A stretch of 64,000 nt of DNA from a virus: IMG/VR virus record IMGVR_UViG_3300025276_000021; one strand, 5' to 3'. A program made the position numbers and the translations under genes. The notes beneath the pieces are model-generated. The model searched no databases. It was given only the letters and a program-made list of their open reading frames with translations, and was not told where the DNA came from. This document shows positions 49,885 through 60,090 of the stretch, piece after piece. Positions within the stretch are counted from its first letter, which is position 1; every line of letters begins with the position of its first letter.

Positions 49885-52800
49885 TTAATCTCCCAAACTT
49901 ATTGCTCTAAAGTCTCTTATCATAGGCACTTTAGATGAGTTGGAAGAAGTGAATACAATTTTTACTTTAAATCTATTAAACGTAGGTAATGTTCCCGTAT
50001 CGCCACCTTCTGTGTAAATATACTCCCGGAAAGTTTCTCCATCATCATCCGAAGGCATTGCAATATCTAATGTTGCTTGTACCCAAGGCACAGAGTCAAA
50101 ACTAACGCTATCCATGATTGCTTTATAATAAAGCTCAACATTAGCAGCCGAGGGTTTATTAACTGCCATAAATATTTTTAATCCTGTCGCAGGAGATAGA
50201 AGCGAAATAGATTTTGTTATGTGTTTCGCTAAAGATGATCCTGAAAGGGCATCTGTATCTGCTTTGTATGTAGAATATCCTTCATTACCAGCTACTGTAT
50301 CGTCTACATCAAATACAACATTATTTGTCCCAGATGTAGATGAAGTAACTGGCTCAGGATTATCGATTATATTTTCAAATATCGATACGCAACATCTTTG
50401 AAGATCGATAACAGGAGAAACAAAATTCGAACCCGATACAATATTGCCATGTACTAAAAGAGACGTATCATTAACTAATTGATCTTCCCTAGTCGCATGT
50501 GCTATAATTCTAGGAAATTCAAAGTAATTATTTGCTTTGTTTCTTAATGGCTCTACTGCGTAATGTGCATATGGGCTTTCTGATCCTGCATAAGATTTAC
50601 CGCTAGTTCCTATCTGAGTGAAGTTTATAGAAGTATTTTTAGGACTTATGCTTTCAAGATTTGGGAACATGGAATTATATGCATATTGTTGCGTAATTTG
50701 AATTGCATTGCCGCCAGTTGTCAGCGGAACAGTTACTACTGGCAAACTGGATTGATTAAATGCAAAAGAATGACCATCAACTTCAGTTACGGTGTGTGCT
50801 GTTCCACCGTTGTTCAAGAATGTTGCGTATGTTGCATCTACAACACCTGAAAGAACTACGCTGTCTCCTACTATAAGTCCGTGGTTTTTAGCTTCAACTT
50901 TAACATTTTTTCTAGCAGTTGGTTTGGCAAATAGTGTGATCGCGTTGGGCTTTAAAAGTCTATTAGGAACAGTAGCATTTTTAAACACTGCTTTGCCAGT
51001 CGTGCTTGTAAACGATGCTCTATGCAATTTAAATTTCATATCTTGCCACTGAGATGCTTCCCATGTCTTACTATTTTGAGATTTAAATAGTGATCCTAAG
51101 AATGGCTGTTTGTTGATCTTTTTATTTGTAGTTCCAAGAACAAATTTACCTACACTAGAAACATATAATAAGTAATCTGTATTATCAGTAAGGCAAACTA
51201 CGGCGTAGTCTGTGTAGCCCTTCAAATAAATAGGCTCATCGAATATAAAATCTGTTGCTAATGTAGCGTCAAGGCTTGTAGCGACTTGAGCAGACGTTAA
51301 TAGTTTCTGAGAACCGGGTACAATAATATCTGAAGCAGGATAACCGTTAACCATAGGTCTAATCTGAATCCAAACTGGCATAGTAGTACTTTTCGTTTTA
51401 AAATATAAAGAAACTTTTGTAATAAACGCTCCAGTCGATTCGTGGACAGTAAAGGACTGTGCTAAAGGATCATTGTTTTCATTACGATCTTCATTGCCTT
51501 GATTGTCTTGTCGCTCGAATGTGGTTCTACCAGTTATAACTCTAGATGTATTTGTAGATGTTCTTCCTACTACTTCCAACCAACGAGTTGACAAAATATC
51601 TTCCTGTCTTGTATCAAGAACCCCAGACGCACTATATACCGCGGAGCCGTAAGAAATTGCATTTTCTTCATTATCTGCCGTGATATCTATTAATTTAAAC
51701 TCTGCAGAACCAGTTGGAAATCTTATAGCTGAAGTGCTAGGAACAAAGAAGGATCCTTGAACTATGCCATTGCCGTCAGTGTACAAATCGCTTTTACCAT
51801 TGGGATGACCGTTTGCGTTAAGCTGTGTGTTTCCAAATTCAGTACCCTTATGCGAATTATAAGATACATATGTTTCTCTTTTAACCCAATCTGCAACATC
51901 AACACCATCAAAAAATGCAAACATTTTTGTATTTGGCTGAAAACCTTCTCCCCTAAAATAAACTAATCTAGAACGCATAAACGGAATAAATGCCCATTGA
52001 ACTAACCTATCACCGATAACCTCGCGAATAGTTTCGCTTGATACAACAGTATTTACCGTAGTTTGAGTTGTTCTATTAACACCACTTGTGATTGTCCCAC
52101 CTGTTCTACGGGTACCCGTCGTGTTTGTAAAACCACTCTCACTAAGAACTATAGACCTGCTGTTCGTTGATGATCCTACGTCTAGTCCGTTTAGATCAGA
52201 GCCAGACCAATTCCATTCATTTTCGTTCCACAAATGTGCAGCGTTTGTATTTAACCTTGTGCCACCATCAATAACTTTTTGTCCGAGGTATTCAACTTCT
52301 TTCCAATCATCACTGGAGGGAGAAAGTTTGATATGACCTCGAAAGCCCATAACCATAAAGGGATTAACATTTTCCGTGTCTGAGGCTAAATCTTGACCTA
52401 TGTAATCTGCGTGTGTATATGCAAGATAAACATTATCTCCTACTAAAACAGTATTTGTAGATAGTGCTTGGTCATAAATTAGACCTATATTATTTGATGA
52501 ATATGAAGGACGGGCAAATTTCTCTTTAGGATCTATAGATGCATTATATTCAATATTATTAAAATCTGTATATGATTGGTCTGCAAAATTATCTGCAATA
52601 AAACCTGTCTTTGTTCTAGGCAATCCATTTTCATCAAGAACTTCAATATTTTTTGTGTCCATCTCTAACAAAGATAGTGTTACCATTTCCTCAAAACGCT
52701 CAAGACGATTTTCTATTTTACCGATATCACGCATAGTATATCGTTTGTTTTCTATCATACTAAATGTCAAATCTTTAGAGTTTAAAGTATATGGGTTTAC

Positions 52801-54189
52801 TTTTACTCTATATAATTCCATCGCAGTTTGCGGAATATCAGGAAATACTGGAGAAAATGCTGGGGTGCCTTCAATGTATTTCATTTGACCATCTTGTTCC
52901 AATACTAACTTATCGAATCTAGGCAGATAATATTCAACGTCAAATGTGAGTACTGACGCTTGTTTTGGAATTGGAATTGGAACAGCAGAATTATTAGAAA
53001 AGTTTCCTGTTGTGCCTTTTGACGGTCTTAAATCAATACAATCTTTTAAATCAACAACATCGCCGTTTTCCATAGTATATGTGGGAATATCGCCATAGTC
53101 GTATGTTAATCCTGAGCCTGAAGAATAAGAGTTAGGCGCATAATAATCTCCTTGTCCATGCTCATAATATGTGAAATTTACCCAAATTGTTGTCGTGCTT
53201 AATGCATGATTATTTTTCAATCTAAGTTTAGAAGTTTCATAATATGCATCTTTTGCGCCATTGTCAAGAACAAATTTATCCGTGATGATCTCGCCAGCAG
53301 AGTTATTATATCTTATCTCTGATATATTAACAACATCTAATTCTAACATATCAGTCACAACGTCTTGTTGCCCAGCAGTCCAAGCGACTGTATAACTTCT
53401 ATTTCCTGTTTGCAATGTTTTAGACGCAAGACTTGCGACTGCCTTATATGTGTATGCTATAATAGTTACTTCTTGGTCAAAAGTTTCAGCAGTAAAACCA
53501 GTTACAGTTGCGGAATTAGAGTTTAAACTACCTGAAGTAACAGTTATAGATTGAACTGTACCTGCAGCATTTACAGCTATCCAGTCACTAATATCTACAA
53601 AAACTTCGCCTGTGCCGGCAGCTATCGTTGCTTGCACTGCACCCGCAGTGATTGTTGTTGTATATCTCTTTTGTTGATATAAAGAAAAATTAGATACTGA
53701 TTTAGCTCTAGGTTTGGGTAAAGGAAAAATCAAACTTTTATTATTGGAATTGTGTATTACTGATCTAGCGTTTTCTCTAAAGATGTTTACATATTTGTCC
53801 AGCGCACCAACTGTAGCGCCAATACTAAATGCTGATACATCAAATTTATAACTTCCTGTCATTTCCACATCAAATATATACAATCTGTATGCAACGCCTG
53901 CAATATTATTTTCTTTCTCAATCGCTCTAACTCGGCAAGTTCCCACAGTAGCGCCAGTCCAATTGACGGCGTTTTTAATTGTAAGTGGCGCCATTAAAGA
54001 AATATCAGGAATGCCCAACAAGTCAGAGACTAGAATATAGTTGCCGTATCCTGTACCTACAGTTTCGTTAATAACTGCTTCGGTTGCAGTTGCTTTACTT
54101 ACTGACAAGAATGTTGGTAAATTTTTTGAAATCTTATATCCATTTACATATGCTTTACCGGGGGATACCCTCAGTTTGATATTTGCCAT
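49885..54189 (-). CDS. Large baseplate/virion structural protein, DUF4815-like, C-terminal part
   Basis: PGKAYVNGY, YYLPRFDK, NKRYTMRDIGKIENR, KTGFIADNF, ENVNPF, DPLAQSF, GSLFKSQN..TW..Q..DMKF motifs. Confidence 0.8.
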   Translation of the reverse strand: MANIKLRVSPGKAYVNGYKISKNLPTFLSVSKATATEAVINETVGTGYGNYILVSDLLGIPDISLMAPLTIKNAVNWTGATVGTCRVRAIEKENNIAGVAYRLYIFDVEMTGSYKFDVSAFSIGATVGALDKYVNIFRENARSVIHNSNNKSLIFPLPKPRAKSVSNFSLYQQKRYTTTITAGAVQATIAAGTGEVFVDISDWIAVNAAGTVQSITVTSGSLNSNSATVTGFTAETFDQEVTIIAYTYKAVASLASKTLQTGNRSYTVAWTAGQQDVVTDMLELDVVNISEIRYNNSAGEIITDKFVLDNGAKDAYYETSKLRLKNNHALSTTTIWVNFTYYEHGQGDYYAPNSYSSGSGLTYDYGDIPTYTMENGDVVDLKDCIDLRPSKGTTGNFSNNSAVPIPIPKQASVLTFDVEYYLPRFDKLVLEQDGQMKYIEGTPAFSPVFPDIPQTAMELYRVKVNPYTLNSKDLTFSMIENKRYTMRDIGKIENRLERFEEMVTLSLLEMDTKNIEVLDENGLPRTKTGFIADNFADQSYTDFNNIEYNASIDPKEKFARPSYSSNNIGLIYDQALSTNTVLVGDNVYLAYTHADYIGQDLASDTENVNPFMVMGFRGHIKLSPSSDDWKEVEYLGQKVIDGGTRLNTNAAHLWNENEWNWSGSDLNGLDVGSSTNSRSIVLSESGFTNTTGTRRTGGTITSGVNRTTQTTVNTVVSSETIREVIGDRLVQWAFIPFMRSRLVYFRGEGFQPNTKMFAFFDGVDVADWVKRETYVSYNSHKGTEFGNTQLNANGHPNGKSDLYTDGNGIVQGSFFVPSTSAIRFPTGSAEFKLIDITADNEENAISYGSAVYSASGVLDTRQEDILSTRWLEVVGRTSTNTSRVITGRTTFERQDNQGNEDRNENNDPLAQSFTVHESTGAFITKVSLYFKTKSTTMPVWIQIRPMVNGYPASDIIVPGSQKLLTSAQVATSLDATLATDFIFDEPIYLKGYTDYAVVCLTDNTDYLLYVSSVGKFVLGTTNKKINKQPFLGSLFKSQNSKTWEASQWQDMKFKLHRASFTSTTGKAVFKNATVPNRLLKPNAITLFAKPTARKNVKVEAKNHGLIVGDSVVLSGVVDATYATFLNNGGTAHTVTEVDGHSFAFNQSSLPVVTVPLTTGGNAIQITQQYAYNSMFPNLESISPKNTSINFTQIGTSGKSYAGSESPYAHYAVEPLRNKANNYFEFPRIIAHATREDQLVNDTSLLVHGNIVSGSNFVSPVIDLQRCCVSIFENIIDNPEPVTSSTSGTNNVVFDVDDTVAGNEGYSTYKADTDALSGSSLAKHITKSISLLSPATGLKIFMAVNKPSAANVELYYKAIMDSVSFDSVPWVQATLDIAMPSDDDGETFREYIYTEGGDTGTLPTFNRFKVKIVFTSSNSSKVPMIRDFRAISLGD

Positions 54190-55142
54190 TATGCGCTATC
54201 CTCGAATCTTATGAAAAATGGTGAAACGGTATAATCTCCGGACTCATCGTTTGTTCGTACTGCCATTAAATCGTTTATTTTGTTATATTGATCGTAACCT
54301 GTAACTCTTTCTGAAATAATAGAGTTAGTTACATTTGCAACATAAACAAATGTTCTATTACTTGGCACTAATGCTTCTGTTGTAAGTGTTAGTTTAATTC
54401 TATATCTATCTGCTCCAGGAGCAGTTTGGTTTGGCAAACTTCCTTGATTGTCAAACAATGTCTCATCGTCTTCCGATGTTACAATATCTTGAGTCACTAA
54501 AAATCCTACAACAGCATCTACAGACGATGTATATTTTGAAATTATAAGCTCTTGCTGAGGAGCGTGAACAAAAAATCCTTGAGTAAAAAAGTCAGCTTCG
54601 CCGACAGATATTTTTGTTCCAAAGCCAAACGCAGGATCTAGTTTGGTATTCGTTGTTTGTGTGATTAGTCGAGTACTGCCCTCACTTTGAACCAACTCTT
54701 CGCCAGGAGTAACGCTAATCGTTGATGTTCCTGAAGTCGCATTTAAAGTGCTTGTGTATTGAACATAAAGTGTTGCTGGATCTGAGCCTGCAGCTATGAC
54801 AACCTCTATTACTTTTACAATCACTCCAGAAACTTGACCCACAAATGATGTTCCCACTAGTGAAGTGGGATCCGAAGGTAATGGATTAATTGCTGTGTTT
54901 AATTTAATAAATCTATAACCTCTATTAATTGATAAACCACCTGGCGAAACTGAGGCACCTTCTTTAAATATATTCTTTCCGAATCTTTCGATTCCGGTTT
55001 GAATTATAGTCTGAAGTTGGGTTAATTCCCTAGCTTGCAATGCTCTGTTACTATTAAAGAGAACGCGCTGAAAACTTTTGTCCTCATCGTAATCATCTCT
55101 ATAGACATCCGAGAATGTCGAGGTGGTATATGTCTTGACCAT
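54189..55142 (-). CDS. DUF4815-like structural protein, N-terminal part
   Basis: YRDDYD..K.FQRVLF...LQARELTQLQTI, APGADRYRIKL, RTNDESGDYTVSPF motifs. Confidence 0.8.
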   Translation of the reverse strand: MVKTYTTSTFSDVYRDDYDEDKSFQRVLFNSNRALQARELTQLQTIIQTGIERFGKNIFKEGASVSPGGLSINRGYRFIKLNTAINPLPSDPTSLVGTSFVGQVSGVIVKVIEVVIAAGSDPATLYVQYTSTLNATSGTSTISVTPGEELVQSEGSTRLITQTTNTKLDPAFGFGTKISVGEADFFTQGFFVHAPQQELIISKYTSSVDAVVGFLVTQDIVTSEDDETLFDNQGSLPNQTAPGADRYRIKLTLTTEALVPSNRTFVYVANVTNSIISERVTGYDQYNKINDLMAVRTNDESGDYTVSPFFIRFEDSA

Positions 55143-55153
55143 TAGTATTCTTT

Positions 55154-56521
55154 CTATGAACAGTTGTCAAGTTTTATGACAATTTTTATATCTTCGGTTT
55201 GATTAGGAACACGTTCAACAGCGGCTCTATTATCTATATACAAAATATCTCCAGATCTAGGATTAGCTTCTCCTATTATTTTAGGAAGTAAGATAACGCC
55301 CTCGCCAGCGCCGCCAGTTTCACTTATAGAATCGCCTGCAACAAATGGTACATATCCAGTTGAGTCGAATTGGTGATAAAATATCGTATTCCCGACAACA
55401 TGATCTACCCAAGCTTTTGCTCCACTTGTAGAGCCTACTATATCTCTGTCTGCACTAATTGCCACGGCTTGAGAGGACAATGTCATACTGTTGAGCGTTC
55501 TGCCTGTGTTTTGACTAAAGTTAGTAGAGGACGCAGAATCTTTAATATTTTTTATAATACATATCTGTCTAAAATCTTGTGATGTTATAAAGTCTGGTTC
55601 ACTGCCTGTTATTTTGCTATTAATTAAAATCATCTGAGATTTTAGATCGGTAACTGCATTAGAACCAAAGCCTCTAGATGTTGAAAGTACAGGTCTAACA
55701 ACCGCGCCGGTGCCAGTTGTATCGTCAATAGTTAAAATTGCACCATCTAGATTATGTTGAAAATGGAATGTCGAAGAATCTGCTGCATATGATACTTTTG
55801 ATATTTTACCAGCATTGATCGTTCGAATGATAAACGGATTATAAACTCCGTTAACTCTAAAATCGCAAGAGTCCACGTGATAATTACTACCACTATCTTC
55901 AATTATAAATGATGTAATCTGATCGCCACGTGCTGCATTTTGAACTGCCCATTGCTTATTTTCTGCGCCAGTAGAATTTGAATCTACACTTTCGATATAA
56001 CGCACAGGCATATAGTTTTGTGTCATGTAATAATTAGCTTCTAATGCCGAAACAGTGTATAAAAATTTCCAAATATAACCATCTGAAGTTCCAAATGGAT
56101 GTAGGTTTTCTAAAGCAGGTTTAATAGTGGAAGCTACCTTTGCTCCTGTTGTATCGCGACCTATTTGTAAACATATAAAGACTTGATTATTGTCGTTCAT
56201 AACATAAAATGGCTTTGCTGTAGGATAATCACTTAGTATATTCTTATCATCATACTGCGAATAGAATGTACCGGAAGTCCAATCTTTTCTAGGAACAACA
56301 TAAGACGCGCTATTAACTTTAATAACCGCTTGCAGTCCACGTCTAAAGCGATTTTCTTCGGAAATATCAGCTCTCGGAGCAGGCGCAGAATCATTTCCAC
56401 CAGTCCAAGGATTGCTTCTAGACAAACCTATGTAGAAAGCAGGATCGGTTCCATTTTTAATATTAGTTAAAAGTGGTTTAACTAATTCTTGCTTTAGTGT
56501 TTCTGTTACAATTGATGCCAT
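55154..56521 (-). CDS. gp8: Baseplate wedge protein
   Basis: VVPRKDW, FYVMN...VFICL, DGYIWKFLYT, GDILYIDNR..R...QTEDIKIV motifs. Confidence 0.92.
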   Translation of the reverse strand: MASIVTETLKQELVKPLLTNIKNGTDPAFYIGLSRSNPWTGGNDSAPAPRADISEENRFRRGLQAVIKVNSASYVVPRKDWTSGTFYSQYDDKNILSDYPTAKPFYVMNDNNQVFICLQIGRDTTGAKVASTIKPALENLHPFGTSDGYIWKFLYTVSALEANYYMTQNYMPVRYIESVDSNSTGAENKQWAVQNAARGDQITSFIIEDSGSNYHVDSCDFRVNGVYNPFIIRTINAGKISKVSYAADSSTFHFQHNLDGAILTIDDTTGTGAVVRPVLSTSRGFGSNAVTDLKSQMILINSKITGSEPDFITSQDFRQICIIKNIKDSASSTNFSQNTGRTLNSMTLSSQAVAISADRDIVGSTSGAKAWVDHVVGNTIFYHQFDSTGYVPFVAGDSISETGGAGEGVILLPKIIGEANPRSGDILYIDNRAAVERVPNQTEDIKIVIKLDNCS

Positions 56522-56533
56522 ATCATTTCCTAC

Positions 56534-57742
56534 TTAAATTAAAGCGTCTTTCATTAACAACGCAGTTTTTCCTTTTACATCGTTTAAAATAACGCTTCTA
56601 ATATCGTACTTAGTATTTATATAGTTTGAATCCATTTCTGAAGAATCACAATAAACGAATTCCATTATTATTCTTTGTCTGTCTGCTCCACTAGCAGCTA
56701 CTAACGAATTTCCGAAATAATCAAAAGAGTCTGCACTAGCTAAAGGAGCTTCAGAATGAAAACAAAAATCTTGTGTTGATAGAGTTGACCAAGGGTCGTG
56801 TCTATCTGCAAGCGCATAAAAATACTCGTCTGTAACAGACTTAAGGGCTGTTAGATGCTTACTATTTACTCGGTGTGTTGAGATAAGATTATGTTTTAAC
56901 TCACCAGGAAGTAAACTCAGAGAGCCGTTGTAAGAAACTCCCCATTCTATTACATCGCCACTATCTAATTCTATATTATTGCTTGAATCGTATCCGCTGC
57001 CCGTCAGTGTCGTTTCTAAAGTTGCCATGTTACCAGTATTCGCTAATTGAAAGCACCCCAACATATCTGTTTTTGCAGATAGATGAAATAAAGAACTATC
57101 AATATCTAAATCTGGATCGACATATGCTATAGGTTCAATTGATTGAATCGTTACATCTGCCTGGGTGTCTATCTGCATTTCTGCGGCAAGGTGAAAGCCT
57201 GACGGATGAACAAATTTTCTATAAAAATCTTCATATTTGCCCAAAGAAGTTTTTGACTTAATCAATATCGAAAGAACTTGATACACTCCACCATCTTGCA
57301 AAATCTTAGTAGAATTTGGACCGATTATAGAGTAACTATCTCCAACCATAAATAGTTTACTTTTAGGATACGTTATTTCTGCGGTATCATCACTATAGAA
57401 TGATCTGAAAAATCCTTTCGCCGAATATAGAGAACCTTTAACTCTAAAAAATTTAGCAAAATTTCTAAGAACTTCCCGAGGCTCTGAGAAAAATTCTTGG
57501 CCCATACCTAAAGCAAACTCCTCAAACATGTTGTCAAGGTATGCTAATTTTGTTGTTCCGATATTTCGAATTTCGTATAAGTCATTAAGGTCAGCGCCAA
57601 ACTGTCCATCCGAATCCATAAAATCGTAATATGTTTCTATAAAAGTAATGATATTTGGATAGTCTGTAGACCAAAATTCAGGAAGAACTTGTTTTACCAG
57701 GCTTTCCCTTATTGTTTTCTCTACTACTAGTTCATTTGTCAT
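56534..57742 (-). CDS. Baseplate wedge initiator-like protein (short gp7-like)
   Basis: LPEF...YP..ITFIETYYDFM, FFRVKGS..S..FFRSFY, KILQD..YQ..S, KFVHPSGF; between gp6 and gp8. Confidence 0.75.
   Translation of the reverse strand: MTNELVVEKTIRESLVKQVLPEFWSTDYPNIITFIETYYDFMDSDGQFGADLNDLYEIRNIGTTKLAYLDNMFEEFALGMGQEFFSEPREVLRNFAKFFRVKGSLYSAKGFFRSFYSDDTAEITYPKSKLFMVGDSYSIIGPNSTKILQDGGVYQVLSILIKSKTSLGKYEDFYRKFVHPSGFHLAAEMQIDTQADVTIQSIEPIAYVDPDLDIDSSLFHLSAKTDMLGCFQLANTGNMATLETTLTGSGYDSSNNIELDSGDVIEWGVSYNGSLSLLPGELKHNLISTHRVNSKHLTALKSVTDEYFYALADRHDPWSTLSTQDFCFHSEAPLASADSFDYFGNSLVAASGADRQRIIMEFVYCDSSEMDSNYINTKYDIRSVILNDVKGKTALLMKDALI
56614..56621 (-). promoter_or_regulatory. Possible T4-type late promoter for gp8
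   Basis: TATAAATA inside the 3' end of the gp7-like gene, about 90 nt upstream of gp8. Confidence 0.5.
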
Positions 57743-59588
57743 TTTGCAGTACGATCTTTGTTTCTGTATGTTCTATATTACCAAATGCTTTGTTTTCAGA
57801 TTCATCTAAGACTAGGGTATAATTTCTTAAAGGCGAAATGACTGCTGGATCTAAAGGAACAGCAGATACTTTTATATATGCTGATCCGCCAACTATCGCG
57901 CTAGGTTCAAATCCCACTAATGAAATTGTACCTGTCTTATAGTCGTATGTGCCTATATTTGCAGTCTGTACTTTTCCTGAACTTTCATTATAAATTTCAA
58001 TATCTGCTGTGCCTAAAGTATTTCTGAGTGTGCATGTTGCTCCACCGACAGTGAATCTGGATGAGGTGATAACATAAGTGTTTGTACTTGCTGAAGCTAA
58101 TGCAACAGGAAAATATATGTCATATGCACTTGATATGCCCACACTAGGCAAAAATCTTTGTTGAAGTTTTATAGACATTTTTGAGGCTAAAATAGATTTA
58201 TCAATATTATCAATTCCTGTTAAGATAGGAGACCTTCTAAATTTAGATTCAAATTTGCCTAAATTCTCATTAAAATATGTAGAGATATAATTACGGACAA
58301 GAGTTTCCAAGTAAGAATTTGATTGAGATGTTAGACCATCATTATAATAGAAATTTGTTTGTATTTCCATATGTGTTAAAGATGGTTCAATAAATTTATT
58401 ATCGATAGACATTACAGCTAGATTATCACTGAAAAGATTTTTTATAGAATTTTCTGTCTCGGTCTTTACAAATTGCGTAGTGTTTGTAGGGTATTTAATT
58501 GAAATGTAAACTTTACCATAATCTTTTGGCACGTTTTCTTCACCGCCCCAAACAGTAACATCTTCAACTATTGGAAAATTAGACTGTATCATACCTTTAT
58601 AATCTAGCGAAGTTACAAGTCTTTGTTGTGCTGAAAATTGAATCGGCGCAAGTTTTCTGATAGACTCAATCGTTTCTTTTGGCATACCAGAATGAGATAG
58701 TATCTGAGTATTGACAGATATTGCATATGAGTTTCCATCAACACTTAGTTCATTTACAGCAGAAAAGCCGCTGGAGCTGTTTGCTAAAATAGAGTTGCAA
58801 GAATTATATGACACGACTATTTTATTACCAGGGTCAGGTGATTTACCAAAAGAAATACCGTCTCCAAAATTCAATTCGTAGTAGCCGTTTGGTGCTTCTT
58901 TGATATCAAAATACTGTGTCGCAGCCGTTACAGTTATTGCATTTTCTAGGAATGTGTACGTTTCAAATTTTTCGCTGGATGGACTTGGGTAAACTAAAAC
59001 AGACATATCTTTTGTATCAATTGTTTCATCTGGAATTACATAGACTTGATTTTCTGTAACTGTTCCAGAATAAAAAGTTTTAGTTTTATTTTGACCTTCA
59101 TGTACAACAACATTAGCTTCGCCGTTAGTGTCTAAAAATTCATAAATGCCATTGCCGCTATCTGTAGCAGAATATGAAACTCTTGTTCTAAATTTAAATT
59201 CGCCTTGTTCGTTTGATGCTGTAAATTCTGTACCTATAGGTAAAGTTATATTACTAGGTCTGCTTCCACTACTAACAGCAGAAAGGTCTAAAGTTAGAGA
59301 CAATGTAGATTTAGATGAGGATCGTGATCTTGGTCTATAACCCAAACCTTCTGCATGTGATACTACGGACGATCTTAGTTGGGATGTATTAAGAAAAGAT
59401 TCATTAGTTGCAAAATTTGCAATCAAACCGTTAAAGTGTGTATTATATGCTAACACATCCAAAATATTATTTAATCCAGATGCCTCAAAATCATATCCGT
59501 TAAATTCTGATTTCTGTGCAAAATATGTCTTTAAAGAATTTTTTATATTCTCAAAATCTAATTCTGTTGATGTAATGTTTGTTGCCAT
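57732..59588 (-). CDS. gp6: Baseplate wedge subunit
   Basis: LDFENIKNSLK, YDFEASGL..LDVLAYNTH, NESFL, FGDG..G, QQRLVT..DY, WGGEEN..YGKVYISIK motifs. Confidence 0.95.
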   Translation of the reverse strand: MATNITSTELDFENIKNSLKTYFAQKSEFNGYDFEASGLNNILDVLAYNTHFNGLIANFATNESFLNTSQLRSSVVSHAEGLGYRPRSRSSSKSTLSLTLDLSAVSSGSRPSNITLPIGTEFTASNEQGEFKFRTRVSYSATDSGNGIYEFLDTNGEANVVVHEGQNKTKTFYSGTVTENQVYVIPDETIDTKDMSVLVYPSPSSEKFETYTFLENAITVTAATQYFDIKEAPNGYYELNFGDGISFGKSPDPGNKIVVSYNSCNSILANSSSGFSAVNELSVDGNSYAISVNTQILSHSGMPKETIESIRKLAPIQFSAQQRLVTSLDYKGMIQSNFPIVEDVTVWGGEENVPKDYGKVYISIKYPTNTTQFVKTETENSIKNLFSDNLAVMSIDNKFIEPSLTHMEIQTNFYYNDGLTSQSNSYLETLVRNYISTYFNENLGKFESKFRRSPILTGIDNIDKSILASKMSIKLQQRFLPSVGISSAYDIYFPVALASASTNTYVITSSRFTVGGATCTLRNTLGTADIEIYNESSGKVQTANIGTYDYKTGTISLVGFEPSAIVGGSAYIKVSAVPLDPAVISPLRNYTLVLDESENKAFGNIEHTETKIVLQNDK

Positions 59589-60047
59589 CTATCTTAACCT
59601 TGCTATATCGGTTTCTAATGTTGTAACCGTATTTGTGCTAATAACTTTGAATACAACTCTTGCTGTGCATGAATTTGTATCTGGATCTATTGTTGCAAAT
59701 ATATTTAAAATTTCTACTCTAGGTTCAAATGTTTCAATTGCATATTTTATATCATCTTCGACCTCAGATTCCGTTAGGTCGTCTGCTAATTCAAAAAATA
59801 AACGAGTTATGTTACCACCAAAATATGGATCAAACGGTTTTTCGAAATGGTTAGTAAGTAGCAAATTTTTTACCGATTGTTTTACTGCATCTGCGTCAGA
59901 TTTTTTATAAACGTCTGTGGCTAAGCCAGAGCCGAAATTAGGCTTTGTAGTAAAAGCCAAGTCGAGATCCGTGTAAGAGCTATTCCTCAGCGTAACGCTA
60001 GGAATAGTTCCTAAGTCTTTGTCTTCCATTGATAGTAATTTTGCCAT
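59589..60047 (-). CDS. gp25: Baseplate wedge subunit
   Basis: YTDLDLAF, AVKQSVKNLLLT..EKPFDP.FG, IETFEPRV motifs. Confidence 0.93.
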   Translation of the reverse strand: MAKLLSMEDKDLGTIPSVTLRNSSYTDLDLAFTTKPNFGSGLATDVYKKSDADAVKQSVKNLLLTNHFEKPFDPYFGGNITRLFFELADDLTESEVEDDIKYAIETFEPRVEILNIFATIDPDTNSCTARVVFKVISTNTVTTLETDIARLR

Positions 60048-60072
60048 CGAAATCTCTTTGTTTATTTAACTA

Positions 60073-60080
60073 TATTTATA
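60073..60080 (-). promoter_or_regulatory. T4-type late promoter for gp25
   Basis: TATAAATA in the intergenic gap upstream of gp25. Confidence 0.85.
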
Positions 60081-60090
60081 TAGATTTTCA

